This document shows positions 61,273 to 64,000 of a stretch of 64,000 nt of DNA, piece by piece. The notes beneath the pieces are model-generated. The model did no database searches. It was not told where the DNA came from and worked only from the letters and a program-made list of their open reading frames with translations. Source of the DNA: Zygnema circumcarinatum SAG 698-1b (taxonomy: Eukaryota; Plantae; Zygnematophyceae); contig CM074807.1 in NCBI GenBank assembly GCA_037447605.1, positions 1,240,001-1,304,000 of the forward strand. The letters are read 5' to 3'. The first letter of the stretch is position 1; each line of letters begins with the position of its first letter. A program made the translations under genes and the position numbers.

Positions 61273-61310
61273 GCCCGCCCGCCCGCCCGCCCGCCCGCCC
61301 GCCCGCCCGC
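61273..61310. repeat. (GCCC)9.5 tandem repeat in the MDH upstream region
   Basis: Seen directly; it reads (GGGC)n on the minus strand. Confidence 0.95.
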
Positions 61311-61732
61311 TACCGACGGTCCCAATCGTTCCAGTTGGCGCCAATAATTGGTCCAAACCCCATTTGTACCCGAACTCCCGCCCGTGTACCCCCTTTTCCC
61401 CGCTCCCTACGGCTGACGCCTCCCCGACCGCGACGGGCCCCTGCCAGGTCGGACGGCGGCCGCCCCCCGCTGGCCGCCACGTGGCGTGGGCCGGGCAGGG
61501 GCTCCCCCAATCCACCCCTCCTTTTCCTCCCAAGGGACGAAAGGAGCCGCCGTTGCGCGTTGCCAGCCTCTTTTTTGGAACTCTGCTGCAGCACCAGGAA
61601 CGAGACTTCAGGCTTGGAGCTCTGCAGGAGGAGCTGCCCGCATCTTCTCAAGGGCCGCGAGTTGCAGGCGCACTGAGGAGCTTGAGAGAAAGGCTGTGCT
61701 GCATTGCTGAGGACCGCTGATCCGCAGGAGCC

Positions 61733-63988
61733 ATGGCGAAGGAGCCGGTTCGTGTGCTGGTGACTGGAGCGGCAGGTGGGAGGGTTGAGGACGGTTGCGG
61801 TTGTAAAATGCAGCGATCTGGTTGGCGGGAAGTGATTTGGAAGCAGAGTGGGAGTGCTGATGTGTTGAGACGGTTGGAAGAGTGTTTGGAGGAGTTTGGA
61901 TCGGCTTATTTGAAGGGTGGAATGTTGGTTGTGCAGGACAAATTGGTTACGCGTTGGTTCCCATGATTGCGCGAGGGATCATGCTCGGTCCGGAACAGCC
62001 TGTCATTCTTCACTTGCTGGACATTCCTCCGGCTGCCGAGGCTCTCGAGGGTGTAAGAATGGAGCTGGTCGATGCAGCATTTCCACTTCTTCAAGGTGAT
62101 TACAGCTGGTGGCTAGGCCAAATTTTTCCACACTTTCGTTTTTCAGCCATATTTTAAGCAGGAAAAGGTGATTAAGCTCGTTGATCCAGTGGAAATGAGT
62201 ATACTGTGTGTTTCTCTTTTGTGATCCGTCTGTGGTGGTTGGATTTTTTTTAGTGTTTGTCAAAAATAACACCCGCTACTGTGAGCTGTTGTTTTTTCTC
62301 CAGGAGTTCTTGCCACCACGGATGTTGCTGCGGCCTGCAAAGGTGTGAAGATTGCAGTGATGGTGGGAGGGTTTCCCAGAAAGGAGGGAATGGAGAGGAA
62401 GGACGTCATGTCGAAGAATGTTTCTATCTATAAGAGTCAGGCTGCTGCACTGGAGGAGAACGCAGATAAAGACGTCAAGGTATAACCGTTCAGCTGCAAG
62501 CATCGTGTTTATCTCCTTGGCAGTTGTCTCATTGGCGTGCCGATCCATTGGGTTTGTTGGTCGTGCTAAGGCCTTTTTGAGATTCATAGAAGTCTTTTCG
62601 GATAGAGATACTACCTCCACTGCTTTCAGACTTTCCTTATGATATGTTAATAGATCTGAAACAATTGAACTAAAACTCCCGTTCTTGCACATTTTGTTTG
62701 TATTTTTCCTCGCCCTCAGGTGGTCGTTGTGGCTAATCCAGCAAACACCAATGCCCTCATTCTGAAGGAGTTCGCCCCAAAGATAGATGCAAAGAATATT
62801 TCTGCCCTTACAAGGTTGGACCACAACAGGGCCCTTGGTCAGGTTTCAGAGAGGACAGGCATTCCCGTGTCCAAGGTCAGGAACACTATCATTTGGGGAA
62901 ATCACTCGTCAACTCAGTATCCTGATGTCAACCACGCCACAGTTCTGACCGAGGAGGGTTGGAAGCCTGTTCGAGAAGTCGTGAAAGATGACGATTGGTA
63001 CTACTTCTCACAATTGCGCTATTGTTTCTGCCTTTGTTCCTTTTGTTGCTCTAAAAGAGATTAACTTAATATTATTGGGCTTTTTTGCTTTTTTTGTTTC
63101 ATGCTTGTTGCAGAACTGGCAATTTATTCTTATATTCTTATTCGTTTGAACTGATGAATGTGCAATAGAAGAATCCACTATTAAGTTTACATTTGCAGAA
63201 GAAAATGCGGCTGTCAATTAAAAGGATTCTTTATTTCTGGATGGTTGTGTGCGCAGGCTTAATGGAGAGTTCATCAAGACTGTGCAGCAAAGGGGTGCAG
63301 CCATCATTAAGGCTCGCAAGCTGTCCAGTGCCCTGTCTGCCGCCAGCTCAGCTTGCGACCACATTCGCGACTGGGTTCTCGGAACCCCAGAAGTATGTGC
63401 AAGCGTCACAGGGAGCTTTGGATGGGTCAAGCCTTAGTGTTTTCTCTCTAAAATTTTACTTGGAGTTTATTCTTGTTGTGTGAGCAAAGGGGACGAGCAT
63501 GGGATGTTGACAAAAACAGTATGGGCTTTAGGCTTTGGCTTTAAATTTTGTCTTTTGATCAATGTCTGTCTCACATGGCTTGCTCTGGTGAGTTGTCTAG
63601 GTCTACAGGGAAGGGTTGTTCGGAGTACATTCTTCAGAAAATATTCATGTGACTAAAGATTCTCTTAAGACTACCTAGTAGAATGTGATGATTATCAGGG
63701 CACTGAGGCGAATGCAGCTGTGATGAATAGTTCGTAAACGAAGTGAGGAAAAGCACGTTGTGGCCAACTGTCGTATTTTGCTGCACGGTAGCTGTGTGTG
63801 TGAGTGAACTTCTAGCGAGTACTGTATACTTTGTCAGCAGCCTCTCATTTGCTCAACAACTCTGTCTTGTGTGCAGGGGACTTGGGTGTCGATGGGAGTC
63901 ATCTCTGATGGGTCGTATGGAGCCCCTGTAGGCGTCAACTACTCCTTCCCGGTCACCTGTGCTAATGGAGAGTGGACAATTGTTCAAG
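61733..63988 (+). CDS. MDH: Cytosolic NAD-malate dehydrogenase, 3' end outside the window
   Basis: Exons 61733-61775, 61937-62095, 62304-62479, 62720-62997, 63257-63392, 63877-63988, then an intron to the window end. Motifs: [81 protein letters not shown]. Confidence 0.98.
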
Positions 63989-64000
63989 GTAAGTGATACC

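Noticed and set aside
1-64000. Transposase, reverse transcriptase, CRISPR array, rRNA or horizontally acquired bacterial block
   Set aside because: None seen. All long coding segments are explained by intron-containing plant genes.

Overview
This is eukaryotic, intron-rich nuclear DNA from a streptophyte plant. It is probably a non-seed lineage or streptophyte alga, but that is an inference from protein similarity and gene architecture only. There are no prokaryotic features, CRISPR arrays, rRNA or tRNA. Manual exon reconstruction from splice sites and recognisable motifs gives 13 genes. In order: 3' end of a CCT-domain pseudo-response regulator (+), GT92/GALS-like glycosyltransferase (-), SMC4 (+, 28 exons), PsbP-domain PPD2 (-), DUF3593 membrane protein (+), chloroplast-type Cu/Zn SOD (-), AFC/LAMMER kinase (-), FLY1/TUL1-type RING E3 ligase (-), plastid HAD phosphatase (-), meiotic ZIP4 (-), a small five-exon endosulfine that no ORF in the track captures as a whole (-), SEC61 alpha (+) and cytosolic malate dehydrogenase (+, runs off the window). 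The best observation is the Cu/Zn SOD. Its first exon is a diverged duplicate of exon 1 of the neighbouring PPD2 gene, which encodes a bipartite chloroplast plus twin-arginine thylakoid-lumen signal. A decayed copy of the adjacent DUF3593 gene sits beside it. This points to a local duplication that gave an intact SOD a new promoter and a predicted lumen address. All gene models were built by eye, with no database searches or RNA evidence.
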